64,000 bases of DNA, taken from NCBI RefSeq assembly GCF_964355755.1, contig NC_092676.1, positions 17,378,871 to 17,442,870 on the forward strand, given 5' to 3'. Positions 26,101 to 41,100 of the stretch are shown piece after piece. Positions within the stretch are counted from its first letter, which is position 1, and every line of letters starts with the position of its first letter. The notes under the pieces were generated by a model, which saw nothing but the letters and a program-made list of their open reading frames with translations, made no database searches and was not told where the DNA came from. The stretch comes from Antedon mediterranea. Lineage: Eukaryota; Animalia; Echinodermata. A program made the position numbers and the translations under genes.

Positions 26101-29100
26101 TGCAGTAACTGGCAATGATTAAAAAAAAATTGTTGACATATAAAATGAAGGACACAAATTATTTGCTTGTATAAAGCTCTGTCTGCACTATCAGCATAAA
26201 GCTCTGTCTGCACTATCAAACTGGTTTGACAAAATGTGTGAATTGCCAAAATATGTCCATATATGGGCACATCACATTTTTTTGTCACATAAAGTTTGAG
26301 AGTGTGGACAGAGCTTTAGAATGAAAGTTCTTTGTTTAATTCTATGAATATTTTAAGCATTTTCTTAAGAAATCATTAATTAGAAATGTTAACAATAACA
26401 TTTGATGATAAAAAAAAAAGAAGAATCAGAAGATACAATGTGTTTGCATAATGAAATATTACTTTAAAAATATATATCATTATAATTTTTATAATACCGC
26501 AACCTCAAAACATCCAAATAAAATAGTAATTTAATAGTGTAAAAACAGTGACATTACACCGTACATTGGGACCATTTCATCTACATAAATTTTTGTTATA
26601 AAGGGTACAGTATTTTTTTCCGAGCATCTAGATTTTAGGAAATTGGATATTAAATTGAACTAATATTCAAATAACATTTTATACATTCTACCAACCTGGA
26701 GGATGATGGGATACCTGCTCAGCTATGTAGGTCAGCCTACATTTAGAAGTACCTTTTGAACTTTGACCTAGTTGCTGTGATGCTGGAACTTGCCAAGAGC
26801 AATGAAAGCTTTCTCCGATAATTGGATTGTAGGGCTTTTTAGCTAATGATCCCTAAATAGCAAATGTACACAATAAAGCTTTTAGTTGAGATGAAACACT
26901 GATAACAAATATGTTAATTAAAGTAATTGACCATCGCCAAAAAGCAAATAGTTAGCACCAGGGAAGACTGGTTCTAAATATTTTCTTTTTGGCGAGCATG
27001 AACACTCCTCCCTGGTTAGAACTATGACGAAATATGTACAAAATGTTCAGATCATTGTGGATTTAAAACAACTGTAACATCAGTAGTCTGATATTGTTTC
27101 CTCTAGATCCCCAATATTGTACTAATGGCTAAAGTTAGATTCGAGCCCAATGAAGCAGTATATACTGTATTGATAGCAATTTGCAACCAACAGTTTTATA
27201 GATTTATATAGGACACTAAAACAGGGGCAAATTTCTTTTTCTTCTTCTGACCAAATAGTAAGTGTCACCGTAATAACTCGCATGCGAACATTCCAGTATC
27301 TTGACTGTACAATTTACAGAGCTGCACAAAAAGCTTTGTCGAATCCTGCTTGCCTAGTAAAACCTACCAGGATATAGTTTCACACCTAAGCAGAACCATG
27401 TGCAAATGCTTCTTCTCAGAGAAACTTACTATAGGAATGGTTTTCCTAACTAGGACTCTGTGACTCACAGGGTCAAGAAAGTCCATGTGTGGACAGTGGT
27501 AAGGTTCCCCCTAAGGTTTTAACTGAAATACTAAGTTGAGTGTGATTGCAGCTAAAAACTCTATTACAGTACTGGAAGTAAAATTACTGCAGTAAGTACA
27601 GTAAATGTAATTGATGAACATACCTTTCTTCCAACATGGAATGAGCAGAGATAGTATTCAACCACAGCAAGCATCCTTGCTTCTGGTGTAGCCTGGTCAG
27701 CTATCCGTAAAAACATGTCAGGGTGTCCAAAGAAATCTGCAAACATCTCTAGTAGCGATCTTTTTTCAAGAATAAATGTTGGAAGTACCACCTAAACGAT
27801 TTAAAAACAAACTTATAAGATTTCAAACAATACATCTAGAATACAAAAATAATGATATTTATTTTATTAAGTCTCAATTTTATATAAACCAAAAGAGATG
27901 TATAACTTGGTATAAAGTTGGATCTTGAGTAAACACCAGCAGTGAAGTCAATCGATGATAATGTATTCGTCAATAACGGCCATGCGCCCCCAGAAGAAGG
28001 TGGCAACAAGAACAGTAACAGATCATTCATATTCATCTCCCAAAATACATAACTACTATATTTCACAAAAGTATTATTAGATACTCTGGTGCAAAACTTT
28101 GAATATTTTGCTTCTTTCGTTCCAAAACATACAGAATGTAAATAGTTTTAAAAATATTGCAAAATATTATTCATTATCAAACAATACTTAGCGACCATGT
28201 TTTTGTTAACATATTTACCTCTAGCAATTGAAAATGTATTATTATGATTTATACTGCAATTGAAATGTACCGCTTTTCATTTCTGTGATTTATGTATATG
28301 TTTTGTTTGCTAATGAATGTTTTATTTTGGCATCCCTGACACAAGCCTTTGCTTTTTTGGTGACGCCACCATTTTGGAAATAAATGTTAATTTTGATTGA
28401 TTGATCATGAGTTTGAGTCCCAACCGAGAACATCTTAGTTTAACATTCAGTACAAATAACATCAGCATTATTAGTTTTTTTGGTGAGGGCTATCCCCGGT
28501 ACCAAACAAAATGATTGAGTTTTGTTCATGTATGGTATGGTAATGACATAAATCAAATCAAACAGAGTTTGGCCCTTTCTAAACATTCATTCTAATTTCT
28601 TGCAATTAAACCATGTTTTATTATCGGCCGTTCAATTGTTATGACAACATAACTAGAAAGACAATACAAACCCTTGTAAGGTCCATGCCAAGCTTGAGCT
28701 GCGATAACAAGTGTAAAATCACGCTTTTGTGTTGTTCCACTCCTCCCAATTCTTTCTCCTCATCAATTGATGGATCGATGACATCATCATCATGGTTAAC
28801 TTCTGTAAAAAACAACAAAACATGACCTTGAAAGGAAAAAGATCAAATTTTGTAAGATATAATAATTTTCTGGACCATCAGAGTGTTCAGAGATTCCTCA
28901 ATCTATGTCTTTTATTCTAATTTGCAAAAATTCTTGTCATTTTGGCCACACCACAAAATGTACTCTTTTTCAATTAGTAAAGTTCTACCATTTTTCTTCC
29001 CCTTGCATATGACCGAGTATAATCCCATGCTTCAGTGTAATCCCACCCCATGTAGGATACATATTATACAGATATTGACTGCTTAGAGGTTAAATATAAG

Positions 29101-32100
29101 ATTTGACATCCCCGAGGGAATGATATTAAGTTCGAGGGAATATATATTTCCCGAAGCGCCAGCTGAGGGAAATATATATTCCCCAAGAACTTAATATCAT
29201 TCCCGAGGGGATGTCAAATCTTATATTTAACCGATATAAAAGGCAATATCTGTTATATTATATAGCCAAGAACAAGTCTGCTGGGTTGGGTGAAGCTAGG
29301 CTAGGCCAGGCCTCCTATAGTATTTGTATTGTATTTATTAAACAAGCCTGCCTAGACACTTTACCTTGCGAAGAATAATATACAGATAATTACTAATTAA
29401 TGATTCCTTGGCAATATTCACTTAGGCCTAGGTCGTTTAAATTAACAGAAGAATTTCCATCAATAAGCCTATTAATAATATTATAATCAGGTAGGCCGAA
29501 TAAACAATTCGTCTTCTTCTCTTCGAGGAGCCGAATCACCGGATGTTCAGCGCGTACTAGTTACTAGGTTACTACCGCGAGTATTGACCAATCACAAACG
29601 GTGTTTCATCACATTTAGGGTGGACTAATAACAAATGAGGGCGCTATGTATGCATAGCTTAAATAGTTTAGAAGATTAATTTCTTCAAGCAAGTTCCGTG
29701 GCGCAGCGGTTGAAGCGTTGTCTTGTGATGGAGTTACAATTGCATCGCAAATTCAAGACCCAATAGATGACTTTTGTTTATTTATCGGCAAACGCGAGTG
29801 TTGCACGTGAAAATTACACAGTCAATATCATCGTTCTCGAGGATATATACGATTTACGATCCTCGCAGCGGTAGTCATGTGATGCAGTTTCAACCAATCA
29901 CGTTCGCGTATTTACAAAGGCTATGTAATATAATATTATATTATCTTTTCTTCACTAACAATTGGGTATCCCTGCAAACTATGTCAGCTCTCAAAATATG
30001 GCACCAATACACAATCATTTAACACTTTGGCAACATCAAATATTCTTTATTTTGACAACCACAATTGTCTTCCTCAGTCTGTCCACCATTTCCCTCAACC
30101 CGACAAGAATCGAATTATATTACAATCAGAAATGTTGTCAATCTCGCAAATCCTTAATTTAATTTATGTATTGCAAATTAAAAATTACTTTCCAAATAGA
30201 TATTAGTCTGTACACAAGGGGTAAAACATACACAGAGCTAGTCTTATGGTAAAAAGAAAAATATTTTGGCACACATGGCGTTTCATATAATTACTTTAGC
30301 TTGAAAATCAAAACTTTGACTGGTGAACTAATAAAAAAAAAACTAAAGTCACATAGCATGCCCTGTTTGTCGTAAGAAGTATGCATACAGAAATTCATAA
30401 AATCAAGAACACATAAACTATATTCATACAATATTCACATTATTACTAATATTTAATTAACAAATAAAACGAATACATACAGATAACATTTTATATCAAA
30501 ATATACAAGTGTACATAAAATATATTTCCTTTAATATTTTTATTTATAGACTATTTTAGTTGATTTTTATTATTATATTACAGTATTATAAATCATAATA
30601 TGTTAAAACTTGAATTCTATTTTTGCATATTTCACCCTATTATTTATAATACAACTTGTTTGTTACGAAAATTAACATTAATTAGTATGGCATCCTGTGT
30701 ATTTTTAGTCTCAAACTAAAATAAATGGGGCTTAGAGGGTTGGGGAGAAAATATTAAATTAAGCATCTTATTTAAAGTATTTTAGTTCATTTCTATACAA
30801 AATAAAATATGTTATTAATTATAAATGCTAAAATCAGTAAAATAAAAAAAAAAAAAAAAAACAAATATATAAATGCTTTTACTATTTATTTTTAAAGTTG
30901 TTTCTGTGATCAATCACTAAACTGATTAATTTGCCAGCCTAAAAGCATTTTATATTTTAAACATTGAAAACCAGTTGGAAGCAATTTATTCTGGTAAATC
31001 TGGCTTTGTGGGAGAACACTATTAGAATACTATACTATCAGTGGTGATTACAATACCAATTCTAGACCAGTTTGCCGAATACCAATTTGCAGAGCCCAAT
31101 TTGCAGAGCCCAATTTGTAGTCAAGGTTTGGAGACAAACAGTGGAAATGACCCAATATAAATACGGTGAAGTCGGCATTTACGAATCTCAGATTGTAGTG
31201 AATAAAAGATATATGTATTAAAGTTAAATAATATTTATTAATTATGCAAGTGTTACAGATAATATTGTAGAATGAAATATTATAATTATCTTTTTGAATG
31301 TTTTATTACAGTTGACAAACTGAGATTTGGCAAACTGGACACAGCAAATTGGGATTTGGATAATTTTAAAATACTTTTAGCAGGTTAGAAATGTTTATTA
31401 TTATAGTTATTCAATATAGTTTGATGTATAAAGACAGTTTATACATACATAATCTGCTAAATTTAAGGCACTAAAATATTAACACGCTCATTTTTTTAAA
31501 GGAGATCTGGCGGAAGACTTTGAATGTTATGTCCGGGTTTCTTTGCATTGAATCAAGACCTTCTGAAAGAATCAGGGGTTCATCCGGATACAGAATCTGT
31601 GGAGAGGTAAAGGATATAGCAGCCAATTTGAAAAGAATCAAGTTGTGTTTTAGTGCTGTTAAATTCCTATTGTATAATTTGTTATTATTATAAAGTGCAT
31701 GCACTTGTAAATTTTAAGATTAGATAGATCCCTCTTAGCTTTAGTAGAATGTTTGAATTCCAATTCCATATTCTAGGGTTCAACTCCGTCTTTTTGTCTG
31801 GATTTTCTCAAATAATTTTACCAAAGCTATATTCTGTGATAACGTAGTATTTAACACAAGATAGATATTTTATATTTGCTCAATGAATTTTATATACAAA
31901 TTTTCCTTTTTTATGTCGTTGTAATATATTTTAATTTGATAAATATTGTAATTATACTGTAAAAAAATGCAGCAATTCAGCTTTTGGCTGCCAATGTCTT
32001 TTATAGTCAAATAAAGATACCAAGATATAGATTCCATCATATAAATTGATTACCAGTGTATGATATGATGATGATATGTGAAATGCAAAGTTCTTATGCT

Positions 32101-35100
32101 ATAATAAATCTAGGTTGTTGGGCTCAATGGTAAAATATTGTCATGGTAGATGTATAAAGATGGCAATTATGGCATGGGTCATAACAGCTACGAGAGAGGC
32201 TGTTATTGCGGCAGTTCTAACTCCGAATCTCACAATACAAACTAATTATTTTTTGAAGTAGTATCGGGCAGTTATTGATAATTATTTTGTCAGTTAGAAT
32301 TGTGTCATCGGTAGCTTTAGTATCGATAGTGTATCACATGCTGTTCTCTATGATCAAATCAACAACCGCATTCTCTTAAGCTTCAATGCCCATGATGACT
32401 TGTTAAATATGGTGTGAACAAAACTATTGATAATGATTTGACTCAACTGACTATCATAGCAATTCCATTGTTTTTGCTATTTTCCTTTGTCATAGTTTCA
32501 ACAATTGGTTATTGTCTTTCCAGTCAATTCCTGTTGGTTTTCATTATTTGAATACAAATTATTTCATGACTGAACGAATTTCAATGATTTCAAATGAGAA
32601 ACTCTGTCAATATTGCCTGTGAAACCCTTTGACATTTTAGTTAAGAATTTGCACGAATAAGTAAATACCAATTAATAGTCAGATGTAATCATGGTGGGCG
32701 GTCACACATCATAAAGGTCTACTTATGTAATACACTTGCTTAGGTCTAAAATTTTCCATCTATGTTTACTACCGTGGGATACATTATACATACACTCTGA
32801 ATTGATGTTTACAAATCACTTACTTACTGTAGCACTAATATACTCATAACGTTGTACGGGTATTGTACTCTATCTCAACCTAAATCACATTAAAAGCGCT
32901 GTTTGAGACGGGCACCATTTAATTCCCAAAAAAATCATATTTTTGTAAAACTAATTTCCGTGTGATGGCCAATTACGCTGCCTTCTGTAATTCTTGGCTA
33001 TTTTTTCTACGTCACAAACATGTCGCAGTTGTCTAACTAGATGGTAGCTGTACATTCGTAGGTAACCGCAAAGTAATATTTGTTAAGCCACTATAACTGG
33101 TAGCTTCAAAGGTACTAATAGAGTACCCTACAATGATTTTAAAATCAATAATAAGTTGATGCATAAATGTTCCTATAGATACTATACCTCTATTGGGACC
33201 ATAATAGTGCCTTTGCATTAGTATTTAGGATTTCTGAAACAAGTACACTAGACTTTAGTTAGGATGTTTCGACCTCCATGTGAGCGTCACCTGAGCAGTG
33301 ACCTGACCATTTAAAAGTGTGTTTCTAAATTATTAATTAAAAATACATTGAAAGTGAATGGTGTTTTATTGAACTGTGGTGTACTTATGGAACTATTACA
33401 ACAATATTGAATAAACATCCAAACAACACCACAATTTACAAACTTTAGTTTTATACAAAGACAATATCTCATGTGGTAATTACCACCACAAACTTTAACT
33501 AACTACAGAAAACATCATGATCTCATAAAATGAAAAATTTACTTACCAGACACTATATGAGGCATGTTATTTAATGATGTAGAAGACTGCAGATTTTGAC
33601 TTGTTATTTCTGGTAGACTAGATTTAATATCAACACTGCAAACAAACAAAAATAAAGATAAACTCCACAATAGAAATAAATGCGAATACAATAACATACA
33701 AAATCTTCCCACAAATGAAATGACAATTTTAAGTGACTATTATATACAGTGTTTTAAACTCCAAGAATCATTCACCCATGACCTCTGACCCATCAAAACT
33801 AATTGAATTCTATCAAGCAATACTATGGTTATCCTATAAATAGGATCTCCCTGCAGTATATTTAACACTTTTAATATGGCTGAATATTGAAAGAAATTGT
33901 TTTTCAAATTGCTTTATAAAATGTCAGAGATAAAATGAGACATGGTAAAAATAACTTTGTTAATTATACTTTGGAGACTCTCTGCAATTTTCTCTTCAAT
34001 AAAATAGATCTGAAAATTCACTAGTCTGTAGAGTCAGCCTGAATTACCCAATTACTGAAATTGTAAGTAATTTAATAAGCATTAAATTACATTAAATTTC
34101 ATTTTACTGGCGTCCAAAATGAGGTACAAGATTTCTGTTGTGTGAGCGGTTATAATTTAAAGTATACATACAGTATATGTTAGTATTTTTTTCTTTCAGG
34201 TGAACCATAAAAAAATACATTTTGGCTACTTACATTGGTAGCCTTGTTCACGTGAAACACAGAAAGATAGTAAGTAAGTCTTATCTTTAATATTTGCCAA
34301 AAAAAAAATATAAACATAAATCAGATGAATTGTTTTGAGAGTATACACATTATAAATACACACAAAAACATTAACATGCTGATTGGTTCATTTGCATATT
34401 TGTCGTTAAAGTGCATAAACAATAATGTGTTTGTTACATTTTAGAACAGCTGAATTTTCAGATATTTATTTAATAGAAGTTGGAACTCGCACACAACTAC
34501 ACCTGGGATATCGTAAATTTAATCAATCCAATGGATGCAGGGCTCGCAGAATCCTAAAATATTTGGTTGCCCTTCGGGCAAGTAGGTTTTAGATTTTGGT
34601 TGCCCTCATCATTTTTTACTTGCCCACTATTTTAACTTTTTATACCGCGACTGCACCGCGAAAACACGTCAGTGAAAAACGCGTATGCTTAATACACTGT
34701 GGTTTTTTCGATGGATTTTAAGTAGTGAAAACAATTTTTCAAATTTTTTCAATTACACAGTGATGTAGGCCAATCTTTTAAGAACATTTTACAGTAATTT
34801 ATTTTCTCATACGATCCTCCGTGCAAGAGTTGCGATTGTTTAATTAACATGGTGTCCTAAAATCCCTTGAAAACGCTATGTTATTTCTGTTGGTTACGCT
34901 TCGTTGCACGGCATTGTTTGTCATCGATCGAAGATGTGTTCCGTTTCGTGAATGAACACGTGGGTTTACTTTGGGAGCAAAAACGTTTTGCTTCTATTGT
35001 GCAATGAAATTCCGAAATCAAGCTATTTTGCGATATTTAAAATGTAGTGGCCTAGACATGGCACTAATTATCTTACAATTATTTAATAGATATATCTAAA

Positions 35101-38100
35101 ATATTGCCTATAGAAATGTAGGCCTAGGCCTAAAAAGTTTAAACAAAGTACTTATGAAGGTGATGAGCTTGAAATCATAAAAGAAGAAAAAAACAAACAA
35201 ACAAACATCAACTGACGTCCGTCTACGTGATGTGTAACAATACGCATGCATATAGCAAAAAACCTCACAGCAGCTGCTGCCGTACGTAGTAGGAGCACAT
35301 GGGTACGGTGTGTGGAGAGTGCGGGCTTGTGGAAGTTTACTTGTTGTTTCAGTAGAAGCTCGCACAGGTTGGATAAAAAACAACCATCTGCTCGCACAAG
35401 TTGCTGATTGAAAACAACACAAGGGAACTGTGCCGAATTGTAGTGAAAACCACGTGCTCCGCCAAGTTGGAGTTTTTGAAAGTTCAACTCTCGGCGATAC
35501 CCGAAGAAGTGTATTATTTTCAATGTTGATAATAAAAAATATACTGTAACTATTTAAGTATTCAATGTATTTATTAAATAAATTATTAGGCCTATTAAAT
35601 TTATATTCTGTAATATTTATAAAAAAAAATGGTAGGCCTACTTGCCTGTGTTAAAAACATCGGCCGCCGAATCCAACTCCCGGTGCCTATTTGGCACAGA
35701 CAATTACAATTACGTATCTATTATAATTTAATAATATACTGTATTTTCAATACAACTGTACATTTGAACAATAATTACAGTAATTCAGCAAATTATTTAT
35801 TACACACAAAATACATAATTAACATGAATGTAATTAAACATAGGCCTAATCTACTATCTAGGCTGTCGCTGTAGGTCACATAATTAATACTATTAAGTAG
35901 TAGATTCAGATTTTATTACCACCGTAAAATGATGTCGATAATTGAGAAAAACAAAATCATACTAGCCCCTATTTTATTTGGTTTATAGTATAACTAGGGA
36001 GTTGTTAATTAGAAACTCCCTGGTATATAATAACTTCAAATAAGTTAAAAGCCGAGAGTTCAACGCTTCCTATTTCGCGATCAATGGATGCCGCAAGAGA
36101 CCGCGTGCTATATGACAGACCTGGAAACTCTATACGCAACGACTTGATACGCAACGACTTGATACGCCCGACCGCATAGAAACACATGTTTTGGCTCCTG
36201 GAGATAACGTTCCATACCACCGAATTCTGATCCATACATTTACTTAACAAACACTACACTGGTCTCGACGTCAAGAGAATTCGTTCGTGCGCGACTATTA
36301 TTTTCATTGTTACAGTATTTCACAACCCCTGTAAAACATCGTGGACATTTTCGGTGATTTTAAGAGGTTGCCCGTCGGGACATGACATGTTAAATTTTAG
36401 TTGCCCGACGTATTTATTTGGTTGCCGCGGGACGTCGGGCAAGCGATTCTGCGAGCCCTGGGATGGCTCTTTATATCGTTTAGAATATGCTACAGAAACG
36501 TATTTACCTGGTAAACACAACCATTAAGCAAATGAAAGGAATAACACACTCACAAAGACATTAATGTTCAAAAACCCACACATGCAATTTGAAGCAATTT
36601 ATCAATTCGAAAAAAATTTTGATTTGAGAATACATTTGCTTCAAACCCACAAGAGGTTCTAAGCGATCTTATTAGTTAATGTAAAAAAATGTTTAAATTA
36701 GTCATGTGCCAACTGTACTGCAGAGTGTAAAGTTGAAACAATCATACTACAATCTTATTGGCTGGTAATAATGTTTGAAATTACTTAGTGAGCAAATCAA
36801 ATAAATAACTAATCGTAATATACATAATTATGAAGCTTATAAAGCAAATTAGAAAAAGATAAATATAAATAGTTACCAACCACATTTTGAAATATATATT
36901 TATACTGGGCGACCTCATGAGTCAAAGACTGGTCTCCCGGACGGCCCAGTTATGATCATTGGCTGTGATGTACTAATACACCGGGGTAACCCCCTACTCG
37001 TCTCGAAAGATGTACTAGGTTCTTTAAAGTGCACACGAGCTAGATGTGTACACTGGATCTACGGTTTATAGTCCTTATCCGAGAAGACTCGTTCTACCAC
37101 CAGAACCATGAAGTGAGTCTTGAACCTCTGCCGATGTTATGGCTACGTAATACGGTTCCACTGTCTTAACAGTTCGGCCGGCCGGCCACTCACTCACGTT
37201 TTAAACATTTACAAATAAAATACAAAACATGTACCTTATACTAGCCATTGATTTAGATATTTCCATTTCAGAGTCACTATGAGGATAATGTGTATGGTCC
37301 TGTTCCTGAAGCATGTTCAAACAATCTTCAAGACATGATACAGTCGACTGCGACGTTGCTTTCAATAACAAACATTCCTGAAATTTAACAGTAAACAAAA
37401 ATAGAAATTACAAAACTAGAAGGGGTGATTGTAGGTAATGAATGGAAAGCTAACCCTTTTAATATGCCTGAATATTAAAGGGAATGTTTTAGAAATTGGT
37501 TTATAAAATGTCACGTTGTTAACGTTTTCCATCTTTCGACATTATGCTTTCCACAATTTGTTTCCATTTTTTTCTGTTTATGGCAGGATGGTTTGTTATT
37601 GTGTTAGTGTCTACTTGTCCTTGTAAGTCTTTCTTTATTTGATTCATCCAGTTAAAATGTCATGTAAAATAATACAAGGACAAACTAACAATAGCCTATC
37701 TCTCCAATTCGAGAATAGAGCTAAAACGTGGATGCATAATGATCAGACAGACAATGCTACAGTATATTCAGTAAACCTTGCTCCCAAGAAATCAAGGTCA
37801 AATGCCATTTTTTAGCAAATACGTGTATTAATATGTAGCTTGGATGTATTTTGGGGGTGAGAAATTGGTTTAAATATCCATGTTTTGCAATGAAATGGTT
37901 AATTTTCCTTTTTTTCATGAAAGGTCACAAAGGTCAAATCAGATATTAAGTAATTTGATTTGGCATCTCCATATCATACTGTTACAGTATATTGAAAAAT
38001 TCAGTTTTGTAAAATCCCCACCAGTTTTTTTTCCCAAAGGAAAAAAACTATTAGTTTACCACTTCATACAATATTTAAAGTAAGATAATCTACCTTGTCC

Positions 38101-41100
38101 AGAGCTGTAATAGGAGCACCAGAATGAGGTAACCTCTGAAAAATAAAAATATACATTATAAACTGATGTGTTGTGTAAGGTACAGTACTATCTATATTAT
38201 AAGTTTGTATGTTAATTTGCCATCTTGAATCATAGTAGCAAAATGGCATACATGTCCCACTTCTCTCCACTTCTTGGATGTAGTTACTGTAGGTATTGTA
38301 TGGGAAGATTACTAAACTACATTTCCCATCACTGGAACTATTTTTAAGCCACCACCAGGGAGGTGGTTGGTGGTTTTTGGGAAGTAAATGAGTATCAAAA
38401 TGACTGGAATTGTGTGGGAAAAATGTTATATTTGGAGGGGTGGTGGTTTGGGATTAATGGGGTGCATGACCAGGATTTGTACTTTTATATTGAAGCGGGG
38501 TAAGTGGGTTGAGATAGACCGTACCGATCCATAGGGCGGGTATATCTCCTAGTAAGAAGTTAAAAAACATACTTTCTTAATTTATTTTATTTCATACACA
38601 ACTAACAGCGAGTAACTCGCCAATTACAGAATGGATGAACTATTTTATAATTTATCGTGCTTATATTAAACCAAGTCTCATTTGGCTTAGGGAGTTTTTG
38701 AAAGAGTTGCGAGTTACAACCCCGGCACTAGGTCAGGATTGGACCTCGGAATTGGAAAGCAAGCACGACCCACCAAGCTACAGCTCTATTACAAGAAGTG
38801 AAGAATATCATTATTTACATTACCGTATATAGCACACACACTATTAATTGGATTTTGAAGAGTTTAATATTATTAGTTTAAAAAGTAACACAAGAAAAGT
38901 TGGGAAAACAAAAAGTGGAAAAACATCCCTACCTCAATATTTGTCACTAGTTGCTGTTTTTGAGTTTCTGCCTGATCTATTAGTTGTTCCGCGTTGTGAA
39001 TACTTTCTTTTGAGGCCGGTGAAGAATATAATCGTTTTGTGCGAGTTTGAGTTGGATGTGGTAGAGTATTGCTTGGAGAATCACTACTGACGTTGACGTG
39101 GTGGATGTGAGCTGGTTGTAACTCGCCAGGTATTTGCTCCGAAGGACTTGCCGATTGTCGGTAATTCTAATAATAAGCAGAATTTAAATTATTATTATAC
39201 CATCATGTATGCAAGTGCATCTTTTGAATAGTGAAAATGATCTTGTTAGGTGTACTACAAACTATCTGTTATGATCTTCAAATCTCTTCACTAAATGGGA
39301 GAAAATCCTATTTTAGTATGATTGTCTGTTTTTGAATTTGTTGTATATGGTATATTTATTCTGAAATCAAGTGATCAATCAATAAAGTTATTAGTGCTTC
39401 AAGTAACAAAGGTAATTCATTAATACAGATACAGCAGACATGTTGTTTAGTCTGTCTTAAATGTGTACATTACAGGCATAACTAGATTCACTGAATAAAA
39501 TAAAATGAGATTAATTCTACATGAAGAGACACAATGTTTATCTATTTGATCATTTTATTATTAAGTAGCGTACCGTTCTTTAACAAATTTAACATTGTGT
39601 ATAAAGTGTCAATTGCATTTGATGATGTTTTATCTTAAAATGTAAACATAACACTCACTTTTAGTGATAAGGATTCGTTTAACCTCTGTACAACAGCTCG
39701 TAAACGACTGACCCAATTCTGTCGTTCTTTTGCGTCTTGTGCTCTCAGCCTAAATACTTCACCATTTGTTGCATTCACATTAAATGTTTGTGAATCTTCG
39801 TCTGTAGGCGACACTACGGCACCCTACATGTAAGGAAACATTTTAAATATAAGTGAAGCTGTAGCTTAGTGGTTAAACAGGTGGATCTGATATTGATAAG
39901 GGGGTATTTTGGGCTCTGGTCGGGTGCAGCATTACTCCCAGATGGGGGATGCAGGCAAAACTCACAAAACAACATTTATAGTAGAAATTCAATGCTTATA
40001 GACTTTACATGTACTGTATGTCTATGAACGACATCAATCAATAATTAAAAGATGTGGATCGTTTGAGATGGTTTAGGTTTTCATAGTGGTGAGGGTAGTG
40101 GGGGTGAGAGGGTGGTTCGCAGTAAAAGGGGCGTATGTCCAAACTATAAAAACCCTGTCTGCCTATGGGCCTATGTTAAAATGCTTGCCTTCCAAGTCTG
40201 ACCTAGTGCCAAAGTTGTATCTGATGCCTGAAAAGTTTATCAATTGTAATTGGCAAGTTGGATGTGTATGAAATTAATCACAATTCAAAAACATACATTA
40301 TATCCTAGTAACCAATATAAAAAGGTTAAAGGTCACACATTTAATTATAAATTATTATACGATGCCACATTATATTTCAATCAAAGAAAAGTCAATTGCT
40401 GTTGGACAATTGTTTTAAAATAATATGTACATACTGGTGCAGTAAACAAATTTAAAAGGTTAAGAAGATAGCATTTAATTATATAATGTGCCAAATCATA
40501 TTTCAAATATAGTTCAAAAAAAATAATTGAAGTTCACACATTTCACAAATAAAGCAAACAGTAATTGATTGCAAATGTGGTAAAGCAATTTATTTATAAG
40601 AATTTTTTCAAAATTATTAGTACATTATATGTCAGGTGCATGTCGCTGCTATTCAATAATAACCCTATAAGTAAATGTGACTCTACTATAGAGGGTGTTC
40701 AAGAAAGATCTTGTGGTTTGAGGAAGAGAGACTCGTGTTGTGAGTCAAGTTGTGTTATGTTGGAACAACCCAGTAAAGTGTTGTATTTGTAGCTACTGGA
40801 TGTCAAGTCTCTATTTTTTATAACTGCCACCTACAATATACGATCAAAGGTTACACTGGCGCCGTGACCAGTCCGAAAACAATCAAACCAACTTTTCATC
40901 GCCGTCATCTCTATTAACCATGCTTTTCTTCTGAAGCCATGCTGTCCAGGCGTACCCACGGTCACCAACAGACTTGACATAGAGTAGCTACAGTACAACT
41001 TTATATTGGGTTGTTCCAATACAACTTGACTCACAAAAGGAGTCTCTCCTTCTCAGCCCACAAGGTCTCTCTTGAACGCTCTCTAGTAGAGTCAAATTTA

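Noticed and set aside
32230-32900. Possible decayed L1-like endonuclease region
   Set aside because: I could not recover diagnostic motifs in any frame.
35108-35523. ORFs as transposase of the hAT-like element
   Set aside because: No recognisable hAT, BED or dimerisation motifs; overlapping short frames look fortuitous.
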